DNA of 55,991 nt, counting the filler, from Platydemus manokwari (Eukaryota), in the NCBI GenBank assembly GCA_037951405.1. It is 4 parts of 4 records of this genome, joined end to end, with 100 filler letters (N's around TTAATTAATTAA, not from the genome) between each part and the next. Parts side by side here need not be neighbours in the genome. Positions count along the whole stretch, not along the records: positions 14,652 to 33,365 come from JBBMOY010288892.1; 3 more parts are not named here. One strand, 5' to 3'. The notes under the pieces are model-generated. The model saw only the letters and a list, made by a program, of their open reading frames with translations. It did no database searches and had not been told where the DNA came from. Of the stretch, positions 14,552 through 27,815 are shown in pieces. A program made the translations under genes and the position numbers. Position 1 is the stretch's first letter. Each line of letters opens with the position of its first letter.

Positions 14552-14651
14552 NNNNNNNNNNNNNNNNNNNNNNNNNNNNNNNNNNNNNNNNNNNNTTAAT
14601 TAATTAANNNNNNNNNNNNNNNNNNNNNNNNNNNNNNNNNNNNNNNNNNNN
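14552..14651. other. Artificial contig spacer (44N-TTAATTAATTAA-44N)
   Basis: Exactly 100 nt. TTAATTAATTAA carries stops in all six frames. Identical spacers occur at 33366 and 44909. Confidence 0.97.
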
Positions 14652-14734
14652 AACGGATAATATTATTAAATGCAATTTATTAGTAATGAATTTGTCATTG
14701 ATTTTTTATTGATGATTATGAATTATTTATTTAG

Positions 14735-16511
14735 ACGATTATACCAAGTCCAAAGCTTGTTGATGTGACTCGAGTGGACGTGAAAAAAGTACTTCTACTA
14801 GGCAGTGGGGGTTTATCTATTGGTCAAGCTGGGGAATTCGATTATAGTGGATCCCAAGCTGTCAAAGCCTTGAAAGAAGAGGGAATTGAAACGATATTGA
14901 TGAATCCAAACATAGCATCAGTGCAAACAAATGCTGAAGGCGACAAACAAGCAGACTATGTTTATTTCTTACCGGTAACAGCTGAATTCGTTGCTAAGGT
15001 TATTGAGAAAGAACGACCAGATGGTATTCTGTTATCAATGGGCGGTCAAACAGCTCTAAATGTTGGAATAGAACTGCACGAAAAAGGAATATTGGATAAA
15101 TATGGTGTCAAGGTTCGTATTGGGACTTAATTATAACTGTTATTGATATATTGTTTCAAGGTTTTGGGTACTCCTATTAAAAGCATTATTGAAACTGAAG
15201 ATCGACAATCTTTTGCTGATGGTCTGAAATCAATCGGAGCAAAATTAGCCACCAGCCAAGCTGTTGTATCTATAGAAGATGCGATCAATGCAGCTGATGC
15301 GATTGGTTATCCAGTAATGGTCAGAGCAGCATTTGCTCTAGGTGGTCTCGGATCTGGAATAGCTAACGATAAGGAAAAGCTTATTGATATATGCAGCAGG
15401 GCCTTTGCAATGACTAATCAAGTACTTATAGAACAATCTCTGTTGGGCTGGAAAGTAATCTATGATATTATTATTTGTTTATAGTGCTTTAAAAAACATG
15501 ATTCACGTTCATATAAAAATTCAACTATTAAACTTTTTGCTAAATAGGTTGATTGTTGTGAAAAACGAGAGTTTCATTGCTTCTAGGCATATCTTCCGTT
15601 AATAATCAATACGGTCGGCTCGTTGACTCAGTAAGAGGCCATGTGTTTTTCAATAACACATTTGTTTTATTGTCTTCAGCATTGCATGCCTGACTTGACT
15701 CAGGTATATTGTGTTCCACACATTTTTAATAGTAAATCCTAGTTATTAGGCAATCAATAGTAATTCAGTTTTTTAGGTAATTTGAATTTATTGTTTTATA
15801 AAATATAATGGTGACGAAATGGAAATCAAGTTTAATAAAATTGATAATAAATATCGATTAACTTTTAAATACAAAATGATTCGCATAAAACCTTTATGGT
15901 ATTATAAGAAATAATAAAATAAAATCTTCAATCTACTGACTATAATAAGTATTACAAATGTCGAAAAATTTTAAATTTTCTATTGAATGAAAATTAAGTG
16001 CGTCAAAAGACTAATCTAAATTTATCATAAATTTACTTTGTCCTCATAACCTGGTTCTATTTTTATGGCACCACGTATGACTTTCCACCACGTGTGCATT
16101 GGGATTTATTGTAAAAAATGTCGTGTGCGAATGACGTGTCAACGATTAGGAAAAGACGTCTAGGAAAAATATTTACCTCTTAATATCAAAGAACATTCAG
16201 GAAATACCGACACTAGTGTATAAATAATTATTTATTATTTTTTAACAGACATACTTTAAACAAAAAAAATGGACTTCAAAATAAAATTCTGAACAAGTAA
16301 CTTGAAGAAAAATATAAGTATTTGTGCAATATTTAAATTCAATGATAGTGGTGCGTTATTTCAACAACTGAAAATATACTAAAGCAACATTTAACAATTT
16401 CTGATTAAATTATCAGTAGTATACAGAAACGAAGAAGAATATTTAACCGAATTTGACTCATTTTTCAACGTAATAACTTGGCTATCGATTTCAATATTTT
16501 TATAATTTTAT

Positions 16512-16544
<33 letters not shown>

Positions 16545-19500
16545 CTATTTATTATTATTATTATTATTATTATCTATTTATTATTATCATTTTATTATTT
16601 TAAATTTTAGTGAAATTATTTATTTTAAATTCCAAATAGATTTATTATACAAAAGTGAGGGATCGACAAACAGATTCTTATTTGGAATTTCTATAAAAAC
16701 TTTTTAAAAAATATTATTTCTATAATTCAATCGATTAGTTCTACTACTTCAGTTCAATATGTTTCAATAAAAATTTTAATGACAAATTAAATAAACTTTA
16801 TTTAAAATGGTTTGCTTCAGTATTTCTATGAGAAAATACTATGTTGTAGTCAGCGGACCGAGTTGCTGACTTCTCAAAATAGGAAGTACAAGTAGCAGTA
16901 TGAGTAAAGAGTCGATGTCAAATCGTTTTCTTACTGATTCTCTATCATTAGTTCAATTATCGAACATATTTGATCGCAAGTTCTTCATCAGAAGTGTTCA
17001 GTTTCCACATTTACCTCAGAATATATTATTAACGAAATTATGACTAAGATAGAAATGTGCGGTAATATTACATAATACGATGATAACATTAACCATTTGC
17101 ATGTACTCTGCCGATATACGGGTTTCACTGTCTTTATCGCTCATTAATTTCCAATCTACCGTAACATAATTCTACGGGCGATGAAATTAGGACAAAGACT
17201 AATTCACAATATTTGATAGCCATATTATTCTTACCATAATACAATTGATTGATTATCGAATCATTAATTATTGAAGATTTTTATTCTGAAATCGCATATT
17301 ATCATTAGCTCACAATAATTTTCTATTTTTTAAAATAAAATATTAGGAATTTATTAAATTTTGCCCGATTTCATTCATGTAAACATTAGAATGACCAAGA
17401 TATTCCCTTCAAATAATCTATCTAATTATCTTTCGCAATCAAATTTTCCAATAATTTAAACAAAAATTTTCTTGAAAATTATTATTTTTAATATAATAAT
17501 GAAATTAGAAATTTACTTCAATGAAATTTTTGGAAAAAAATTTGAAAATTCTTTCGGTTTTAAGGAAGTAGAATATGAAGTTGTGCGAGATGCAGCTGAT
17601 AATTGCATCACGGTATGCAATATGGAAAATTTTGATCCATTAGGCGTCCATACTGGAGATTCCATCGTTGTCGCTCCGAGTCAAACTCTGTCCAACTACG
17701 AATATCACATGCTCAGGGAAACAGCTTTGAAAGTAGGAAATTATTATGCAGTGTTTATTGGATGTCATTAATTCAAATGAGTCCAAGAAAATAATTAATG
17801 TATTTTATAATTATTTAATTAATTAATTAATTTATCAGGTAATCAGGCATTTTGGAATCATTGGAGAATGCAACATACAATATGCATTACATCCAGAATC
17901 ATTAGAATATTGTATCATTGAAATAAATGCTCGTCTATCTCGAAGTTCAGCTCTGGCAAGTAAAGCTACTGGTTATCCGCTGGCATTCATTGCTGCTAAA
18001 CTAGCTCTGGGAATCCGGCTCACTGATATAAAGAATGCTACAACCAAAACCACAACTGCGTGTTTTGAGCCAAGTTTAGATTATATCACTACTAAAATTC
18101 CAAGATGGGATCTCGATAGATTTCACCATACACCTAAAGAAATTGGTTCTTCTATGAAGAGTGTCGGTGAAGTAAGGAAATCTAAATTATTTACGATATT
18201 GTATTTAACTGAAATAATTAACGCATTCGTGAAAACAATAACCGTTACATTATTTTCTTTTTTTTCATAACAAGTAGTAACTTATTATTATTATATAAAT
18301 ATTCTCGAAGAGTATGAACATGTCATGGCTTGCACCAATCTAAGCAATGATAAACGTGGTCGATGATTTTTTGTCCAATTGAGATATACGAACAAAATGA
18401 ATACGACTGCCGTTCTTATATTTGGGATTATGCCGAAAGAATATCAAACAATAAATATGTGATGAGTATAAAACCAGGATTTTCCAGATTAGCTTCATAT
18501 TACGTAGAAGTGCCGAGATCACAACATAACATTACTTATTCTTCAATGAAAATCAAATGATGATGTATTGTAACAAACAAACCAGAATATCGAATTATTG
18601 GTTTTATTTCTGAAAATAATAAAACCTCTAGTTAATACCACCAGCTAAACAATTGTATGACAACATCAGTTTAAGAATATTCAGAAACTGATAACTCATC
18701 TGATCAATTTTATGGAATCCATGAGAATGCAAACTCATAATCGTGAAGAGCAAAAACCATATATGAGTTCCTATCTTACAAAGCAACAAATGCGTGCTTA
18801 AAGGCTAAGCATGGAAAGATTCTCCATTCCTCCAATTCCATTAATAAATGGATTTTCAATTTCCCAAATATAAAGGTGAGTGGTCCAATAGTCTAATAAT
18901 TATTGCCATAAATCGAAGACCGACAACAAAAATCAATCCTCATTATATCAAACATATCCGATAATATGATTCTCGAATATCCCAAAAACCCAGATGCCAA
19001 AGGATAAAACAATAGCAATAAAGAACCAGTTACGAATCATTATTTTGATATTGTCAAAATGATCGGTAATCAAAAATGTGATGAGATAAATATCAATAAA
19101 AAAAATAATTAGGCGATAGCAGATGCAAAATCAATTCAAATATTATAGTATCGACATACCTTCAATAAAATCATGAAATCTGATTTCCAACAATAGTTGA
19201 TGTCAACATCGAATCACTTTATTAAAAACGGGATTCAAATTTTAGAAACCAACCAATTCAAAACTCAAAATGATCGCAAAGAAAATGATATAGTTATAAT
19301 CCGATCCGAAGAAAAATAACATCACCTTGAGCGATATTGCATATGTGGATCCTAAAAAGCAAATATGGAAAGTAATAATTGACGAAAACAAAATCAACAT
19401 GGAAATCAGGGTAAAAGACATGCCTACTCTGAAATTGATGAATCAAAGCGATTATAAAAACATCGGTTCGGGGAAACCAATGGACTTAACCGTGCTTATA

Positions 19501-22500
19501 AATTAGATAAAATTATCATAAAGAATAAAGGGTTTTGGAGCATAATTTCATTATTCTAGCAATGCAAGAAGAATATCAAGACTGATACAAGATGACAATA
19601 TATGTGGAATTCTTGGACGCAGAAAAATCATTCGCTTCCATTAATTTACAAGAAATAATCAATATCCTATAATCGAAGGACATGGAAGAAGATTCCCTCT
19701 AAATAATCAAACGTATATATAAAAAGTGTAATATAAAAATTATAATCAACAACTTGGAAGCTTGGACTATCTATATAGGTATCAGACAAGATTGATCTCT
19801 GTCTTGGTTTATATTCAATAACGGGATCAATTCAATGTTATGTGAACTGGATACAGTCTCATAACATGGGCCAGTGGTAGCAAAATATGTTCATTAGCCT
19901 ATGTTCATTAACACTAGCTATTTATCGTCACAGAATTAAAGCTTTATAGTATAACGCTATAAATCAATATGATTGGTTCCAAATTCAAGTTACGATAACG
20001 AGAACAATTTAACCGACAATCCTATTCAATCAAATAATCATGTGACATAAGAGGATTATAAAGAATAATCAAGAAATAGGATCAAACGAAAATAAAGAGA
20101 AGATTTCGGCATAAGGTGTGATACAAGCAGTGTCATGCCTGCGGCTAATATAGTGAAGAGCTCTTACATGCAAAAATATACTCTTTAAAACATATTTATA
20201 TACTTATAATAAAATTTAACGTGCTAAAACTACCGTGTTTTTCCTATTATAAGTGGCCGCTTATATTTTGAGGACCGCTTATATTTTTTTATCGATTATT
20301 TAAAACATCATAAAAAATCATAATATATTTTTATTATAATATTTCAAATATCTGAAAAAGACAGGCATTTTAATCAAACACAGTTAAATAGTCCTCTTCT
20401 GCGGCATCTTCAAAAAAACAAGATTTTGAACACTCTCAATTAATTCCTGTGAATTATCCTTATCTCATTTATTGCTATGAAGCTTTCTTCGAATGAAGCC
20501 GACTTGTCCAGATAGGCAGCCTTCAAAGTTTTTTTGACACAGTTATCATTAATATTAGCCCAATACTAACCCACCTGACAATTTCTTGTAGATTCAGTTT
20601 TACAAAGTTCCCTTTTCATTTCTCATCATTCTCTTCGCAATATACCCATTGATTTCTAATCTAAGATTGTCCTTAAATGGCTTATCACCAAATCTAAGCT
20701 TTGAAGATACCCTGTCATTCCAGCCGGTATCATTATTTGATCAACGCCTCTCATTTTAAGAAAATTCTTCATATAATTGGCACAATGAGTGTTGGCTGAA
20801 TCCCATATAAGTAAACCTCTTCTATTGCCTCTCAAAACCATTGGCAACATTAGGTCTATTTTCTAATTGCTGCTTGGGTATTACATGCCTTTTCTGTTTC
20901 CCGAATGTACACACCAGGCAACTGCTCAATTCTATTTTTCTTTTCTTTAATAATAATAAAAGCGCTGGCCTGATACAATCCAAACGAAGTGCAAGAATAC
21001 AGGCAAGCCTCTGGCTTTCATAACCTGTTGAGGGAATATAAATTGATGATGCCCCACGAATGTCTACTGTTGACTGCGAATCTTGTCCCATAAATACAGC
21101 TGTCTCATCCATTGCAATTATATACGACAATTGGTATTTCTGAAAATCAATATTATCAACAAATCTCTTATACATTATTGCTCTTGAAACAATTTCATTA
21201 TCCTCTCATTTAAAAAGAGAGGTTCCCTTTCGGAGTGATAGTTCATTTCGAAGTAAAAGCCTATCAAGCCGGTGGGTTAAGGCTTTAAATTTCAACATTT
21301 CATTTTTGGAAGCCAAATCTTCTGCAAAGTTTTGAATGTCACATCTTCTAACAATTAATCCTCTTGCTCTCCTGTCAATGATCCAATCAGTTATGATATT
21401 TTCTAATTCATTTATTACCTGTGTTCTTCCAGGCCCAACCTTTCTCTTCTTATTGCTTCCATCCATAACCGACATGCATAAGTTTGTCTAAGCAGATCTC
21501 CTCTTTGAACCATCTTTATGTTGAGATGCTTTTCCTCACAGAAAATGGTTAGCTTCTTGTCTCTAGACTCTTCTACAATCGATTTCTTATATTCTACGGT
21601 GTAACTTTTTCGGGGTTCAGCCATTTTTAATGGGAGAATTATATTAATTTAAAAGCCTTTGAAATTTTGAAAGATTGATTTAATAAATTCTTTATTGATA
21701 TGTATGCATGCATAATAATTGCATATTTATAGTTATTATTTATATAGTATTTATATTTACTGCCGCTTATATTCGGAGGGCTGCTTATTTTTTTTACAAG
21801 CAAAAATACAAGCTACCTCTTATATTCGGAATACCGCTTATAATAAGAAAAACACTGTACATGAAAGTTCAAATTCATAGAATATTTAAAAATATAAATC
21901 AATATAATATATATTTCAATTATTAATCTTTTAACGATCGATCATTTTATACAATTTCATATAGAGAACATTTCATATAGAGCAGTCACAAATATTAGTC
22001 AAATTCACGGTAGCGTAAGTTTGTTGTTATCATTTCGAGCTATTTAAGATTTTTCATTTTACAATAACTAAAAATAGTGTTGAAAATAATTTACAAGGTT
22101 CAATTAATAAATATATTACACTTGATTGACTTTCTTAATTATAAATAAGCAAATGTTTATTTATACCTGAATCTAGCATTAACTTAATTTTTAAGAATTA
22201 CTTAGATTTTATAATAATTTTCATAAGAATTTTTGAATTGAAAATCACTTATTTTCAAAAGTTTTCATGAAATGGATTGTGTGTAATAAATTTTCCACTT
22301 TTCTTTTTATTTTCTATATTTACTAAAAACCATATTATAATACTCAATATTTTATTATACATATTACTTTCAAATATTTATTTAGGTCATGGCGATTGGC
22401 AGAACATTTGAAGAATCACTACAAAAGGCCTTACGAATGACTCATCCATCAATGAGTGGGTTAAGCAGTAAATTAGGTAGTGGAAAGGATTATGGAGAAG

Positions 22501-23663
22501 ACTTTGATATGGTGAAAAGTCTCATAACTCCTAGCAACTCCAGAATACATTACATCACAAGTGCCTTTGAGCAAGGATATACTGTAGAAAAAATTCACGA
22601 TCTGACAAAGGTACTTGATAGTTATTTAAACGTAATTCACAAATAATGTGATTCCTGTGTAGATTGATTCGTGGTTCTTGCATAAAATCAAGAGAATAGT
22701 TGATATGGCATGTGATATTGGAGAAATAAAAGGAGGTGTCAGGAATTTATCAAAAGAAGACATGCAATTAGCTAAGCAAGCTGGATTTTCAGATAAACAA
22801 ATAGGATCATTGACTAGAAATTCAGAAATGGAAGTCCGAGAACATAGACAAAAATTAAAAGTTAGTCGTACCATTTTAATGATATTTCCTTGATAATTTG
22901 TCAAGATATTATGTCAAACCATATCAAATATATTATAGAAACTGTCATAACGTTATGTTGCTAGGGGAAGAATAGTAATAAAAATATCGATCGAGATTTA
23001 GGAATATTTGACTAATAAATTTCTATCGAATCACAGACATAATCTTATTGATCGCCTGTTGACCGATAATATCTGATTTAAATAAATAAAAACGTCTTGA
23101 AAACCTAAATTATATTTATTCGTTTGAATCGATTTAGAAACAAACCGATGAATTAATTGTTATAATTTTAAAATTTACTTAAAACTTCGAGGAAAAATAT
23201 AAATAAAAAAATATAGTTCTCATTTATGTCCTTAAAAAAATAAAAACTTTTTCAAATCATAGGTGATTCCATGGGTGAAGCAAATCGATACAATGGCTGC
23301 TGAATATCCGACAGTAACAAATTATTTATATTGCTCATACAATGGTATGGAACACGATATCAAATTCGACACTAAAGGAGTATTGGTGCTTGGATGTGGT
23401 CCATATCATATTGGCAGTTCGGTTGAATTCGACTGGTGTGCAGTGTCAGCAATTCGTGCTTTGAGAAAATTTGGAGAACAGACCGTTGTCATAAATCACA
23501 ATCCAGAAACTGTTAGTACGGACTTCGATGAAAGCGATAGGCTTTATTTTGAGGAGCTTAGTTTGGAAAGAGTCTTGGACATTTATCAATATGAAAATCC
23601 GAAGGGTGCCATTATCTCCGTTGGTGGTCAAATCCCAAATAACCTTGCTCTTCCTCTCTATAA
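14735..23663 (+). CDS. CPS1: Carbamoyl-phosphate synthetase, CPS1/CPS III type; seven internal exons covering the first ATP-grasp domain, the oligomerisation domain and the start of the second ATP-grasp domain (partial gene)
   Basis: Exons 14735-15112, 15161-15454, 17565-17732, 17839-18171 (not in the ORF track), 22386-22610, 22663-22860 and 23263-23663. All are GT-AG bounded and phase-consistent. Motifs: [137 protein letters not shown]. The ASVQTN..G.KQAD, RWDLDRF and GCGPYHIG forms match my recollection of CPS1 rather than CAD. Confidence 0.95.
16518..16590. repeat. Interrupted (TTA)n microsatellite
   Basis: TTA runs interrupted twice by TCTATT, within CPS intron 2. Confidence 0.9.
18320..19750 (+). 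mobile_element. Highly degenerate Ty3/Gypsy-like pol remnant in CPS intron 4
   Basis: Ordered fragments: 'FSRLASYY' (cf. FLGLASYY), 'KNN*AIADAKS' (cf. RNase H end GKxNxVADALS) and 'QHGNQG' (cf. integrase His region). Many stops; boundaries approximate. Confidence 0.4.
20233..21857 (-). mobile_element. Full-length pogo/Tigger-family DNA transposon with frameshifted transposase, inside CPS intron 4
   Basis: TIRs CCGTGTTTTTCCTATTATAAGTGG (from 20233) and CCGCTTATAATAAGAAAAACACTG (to 21857), each flanked by TA (20231-32, 21858-59). Four minus-strand ORF pieces give an N-terminal HTH ([18 protein letters not shown]), a CENP-B-type HTH ([20 protein letters not shown]) and the catalytic motifs [20 protein letters not shown] and [16 protein letters not shown]. 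Confidence 0.93.
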
Positions 23664-24098
23664 GTAGGAGATTTCATATGAATATGTTGAAATAATTAAA
23701 ATTTGGAATGAATATATGAATGATTGCAAGTATATGATGTTTTGGTCATATATTTAACATTCCTGTTTGTGTAAAAGATATTATGTAACCTACTTTCGTT
23801 ATAATGAATTTTCGGTCACTAGATCATTTTATAACTTAATTTTTTATATAACTGCTGTGTTTGATTTATTCGAATAATTCAGTGAATCTCATTTTCTAAG
23901 ATGCCTAATAGTGACAAAACATAGTTTTAAAACCAAGTTCCCATTCTAATCACAGCACTTCTATATGATTATTTGAGTTTTTAAATTTAAATTTTTATAA
24001 TTATAAATCGAGTTAGTTAATTACAGATGTTTTTTAAAGATAATTATAAAAATTTAAGGTATCTCTGAATTTGGTTATAATTTTTAAAAAAGGGGGTC

Positions 24099-24348
24099 CT
24101 CGTTAATTTTCAATAAATTGCAATTCGACCTATTTTGATTTTTGATCACTCTTTCAGATAATCAAATTTTAAGATATTCTGAAGCTCTGGTTGATTTAAT
24201 ATTTGATTTCAAACAACTAAAATTCTTCTGAAGTATTTGAATAAAAAATTTAAATTTTTTTAAAGAATGTAACTAAATAAACTATATAGAATTTTGCAAT
24301 ACTCTCAACAAACTTAAAATTTCATTTTACGACTTCTTTTTAACTTTA
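24099..24348. repeat. Dispersed AT-rich repeat family A, copy 2
   Basis: Aligns by eye with 13343-13575 in the same orientation. Confidence 0.8.
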
Positions 24349-25640
24349 GCCATAATTTGGTGAAATATATTAAAGTGATACAAAATAACTCAAATGCGTC
24401 CATTACTTTGATTGTGTTATGATGTCGTGATAATTTTTCTGCACTTTATGCACACATTCAATAACGTTTTTTGATTGGTTGTCGATATAAAACAAAAAAT
24501 TGATTTATGTTAAAGTTCTAGCTTGGTGAAAATGATTTTAAATTACCTTTTGGTTAGAGCGACTCATCTGAATATATAATTTTCAGCACATTTTTAGATA
24601 GCATTTTATAAGTGGTCTATCAAAAGTGGAAACATATACTGTTGATAGTGATTTTAGTATTTCTTAAGATAATAATTTTAAGATAATAATTGTCCCAATA
24701 TTCCCGACCTGAAAGCTATACGTTTTGAACTTTTTTTAATTTCTAAACAAAGTAATTCAATAAATAAAATTTCAAGATTTTTTTAGTAGTCTAGCCAAGA
24801 TAAGCTGCAATAAAATAAATATAAAATTTGTTTTATCGAAACAGTAGTCTGTCTGAAAATCTCCATGATGCTTTAATATTGGTTTTTCAGTTCTTTATCC
24901 AATTGCCAGATTTTTAATTTGTTTTTTACGCTCAGGACAGATTATGATTAACTAAAATCCACAGATTTAACTTATCCACAGATTTTTTAACTTATAAAAT
25001 AGAATTTTACAATAAAATGCTTCTATTTTATTGTCGCGAATGATGCCGAAAGTTCTTTAACTGCTATTAATTCCATGAATTAGAAAACAAATTTTAAAAA
25101 TCCATTGATGTCTTGTGACAAGGCATTTGTCGAGAAATTTCTCATCAGTCAATTGTCTACAACCATAAAATGTGTGAAACTGTTTTATTTACAAAGCTTA
25201 GAAAGTAGTTTGTTTTTAATTTAAATTAGAATACAGTCAAACTCGGTTGAAGAAACCTCTTAAGTTTCCCAGAAATTGATTAGGATTCGTGAGTATTTAT
25301 TGGTGTTTTTTGTCAATAATCAAAGTGATCGATTTGTTAATCCATGTTTGACAATTTGTTTTATAAAATTTAAATCAGATTTATTGTATATCTCGTGATA
25401 TCTTTTGTGGGGGTCCAGATAGCTGAATTGAATCACATCATATTAAAAATTTAGAATGTTTCAGAGATATTAAACATGAATTGTCAATTAATTCTCAATA
25501 CATTGTCGATTTAAGTGAGACATAATTAATCTACTTCAACTGTGTTTTATTATCTCATGGATATTCATGTATATATATGAGTAAGTATTTTGTGTGATAA
25601 ACAAATCGAAAAAATCTAATATATTCTCTTAAATAAGGTA

Positions 25641-26245
25641 TGTAAGCCACTACTATTTTAAAAAACGACACATTAAAAACGAACTGAAAAGTTACGACAT
25701 CAAGTTATCTATTTCATTGTGAATATTTAAACAAATTAATTAAATTCTATGTAAAATTTCATTTTATAAAAAATTAAACCATCAAAAATTTAATACAATT
25801 TTAATATCCCACTCTCTTTAAAATCTTTGATTTTCTTTGTATTCTTCATTGACATTGTATCGAAAACTCTGCATATTTGTCTGAGGAAGTACTCTAATTC
25901 TTCTATATTTTTATATCTCTAAATCTTCTTTATATCTTTCCTACATCTTCTTTTTATCTTCTCTATATCTTCTTTTTTATATTCTTCTTAAAGTCTCAGC
26001 GTCTTCCTCCTTCTTTTCCATAATTTTCATTCATTGATCTTCTCAGAATCGAATCCTGATGCGTGAGAGTCATGCAAGCCGCTACTATTTTAAAAAACAG
26101 CACATTAAAAATGAACTGAAAAATCACAACATCATATTATTTATTTAAATCCAATTATATAAACAAATAAATACAATATTTTATCCAATCGAAATTTATA
26201 CGAAATTAAATCTTCAAAAAATTAATTCATTTTAATTTTCTCACA
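25641..26245 (-). repeat. Repeat family B: two direct ~170-nt copies (from 25641 and 26073) flanking a pyrimidine-rich spacer; probable LTR-element remnant
   Basis: TGTAAGCCACTACTATTTTAAAAAACGACACATTAAAAACGAACTGAAAA versus TGCAAGCCGCTACTATTTTAAAAAACAGCACATTAAAAATGAACTGAAAA. The spacer ends in TCAGAATCGAATCC, as does 32090-32266. Confidence 0.7.
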
Positions 26246-27639
26246 GGGTACAAATCAATCACAGATCTATGAATTAACTGTTGCTCATTGGACCTTCGCT
26301 ACATGTCAACACAAACACGAACAAAAATGGTACAGCTATTTCAAAACGCCAATAGAAAATAAAAACAAAAAATCCACTAATCAAAATTCATTGATTGAGA
26401 TGAAGTACATTCGCGACAAACAAAAATTCCAATTTTCACATAAAAAGATAAAACACAGGTTTTTATTCTCTAGAATGAGTTGTCAGCGAAATTAACCAGT
26501 TATTTTAAATTTATTGATTAATTTCACTTCCTATCATTTGAGTGCAGAAACCCTCTATTATAAAAAGTCTTTGTTCTTTATTTTTCATTTCCCGAAACAC
26601 TGTTGGAAAAAAAATTCATGTTTATATTAATATAACAAATTTTCTTTATCATGACTTATATTTATAAAGTGTGTAATACCCGATGATTCTGTGATGGAAG
26701 GACTTGTTTAAAGAAATGATATTGATTAAAATAATTTTTGGAAGTATTTTGAGAATAAAACTTGTGGTAAGTTTCTACCGCAAATTAAAATTGTCCTTAT
26801 GTAAGAAATGGTTAAAAACATCTATATTCGAGACAGCATTAAAGTTATGATGTGACGTCATGATGATAAGTTTAAATTTTAAAATATTCAAGAAAATACT
26901 TTTATTTTATACCATCGAGGTTTGACATCATAAAATTGTTGTATATCAAGTTTATTAGAGCATGTTAACGCCAAAGATATACGGTTCTATTAGAGAGTAT
27001 GATTTTAACGAAAATTGTTCGTTTCTGTTCTCAAGTAATCCAAATTTTCTGGGCTTAGTTCAAGAATCTTCAGCTTTTAAACTAATGAAATAGAATTGTC
27101 ATCAAGTGAAACCAAATGAGTTCAAAACACAATTTGATAAAATTACTTTGGAATTCTGTTTCATCAGACAGCGACTCGAATTGTGTAAGGCACAAGGAAA
27201 ATTTATCTTCCAGTTGTGATCATCTTGAAGATCACAGACAATCTGATAGAGAGCATAACTCAATTCTTTTCAGTTTTCAAACTGATAAAATTATCAAGAA
27301 AATTAATCAAGGAAATTGCGTATTTGACACCAGGAAATTGAATTTTTCAGATCACTCGATTAGCGCAGAGGGCTTTTTAAGGCTAAGATTTAAGTTTTTG
27401 AGTTATTTTTCTGATAAGTAAATAGTTGTAAAATAATTACATTTCGTATTCGCTGGGATGTCTTCTTGGATTAAGATAAAGACCTGAATCCGAAGCAGTA
27501 CGTCGTTTCTCGAAAAAGGTTAGTGGAATTTTCAATAGCGACGTAAACACTATTTTAACACAATAAAAATAAGTTTTTGAAAGAATAAAGAACAATAAAA
27601 AATATGTTTATTGTTGTCAGTTAGAAAAATGAGAACAGA

Positions 27640-27815
27640 NNNNNNNNNNNNNNNNNNNNNNNNNNNNNNNNNNNNNNNNNNNNNNNNNNNNNNNNNNNNN
27701 NNNNNNNNNNNNNNNNNNNNNNNNNNNNNNNNNNNNNNNNNNNNNNNNNNNNNNNNNNNNNNNNNNNNNNNNNNNNNNNNNNNNNNNNNNNNNNNNNNNN
27801 NNNNNNNNNNNNNNN
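27640..27815. other. Within-scaffold assembly gap (N run without linker)
   Basis: 176 N with no TTAATTAATTAA. Confidence 0.97.

Noticed and set aside
14596-14607. TTAATTAATTAA palindrome as a biological motif (also at 33410 and 44953)
   Set aside because: Always centred in exactly 44+44 Ns; an assembly linker.
22626-23631. Minus-strand ORFs overlapping CPS exons, and plus-strand ORFs over UBE2O and pogo
   Set aside because: Antisense shadows of real coding sequence.
27116-27540. Acidic Ser-rich ORF reminiscent of a piggyBac transposase N-terminus
   Set aside because: No catalytic motifs or TTAA-flanked TIR identified before the N gap.
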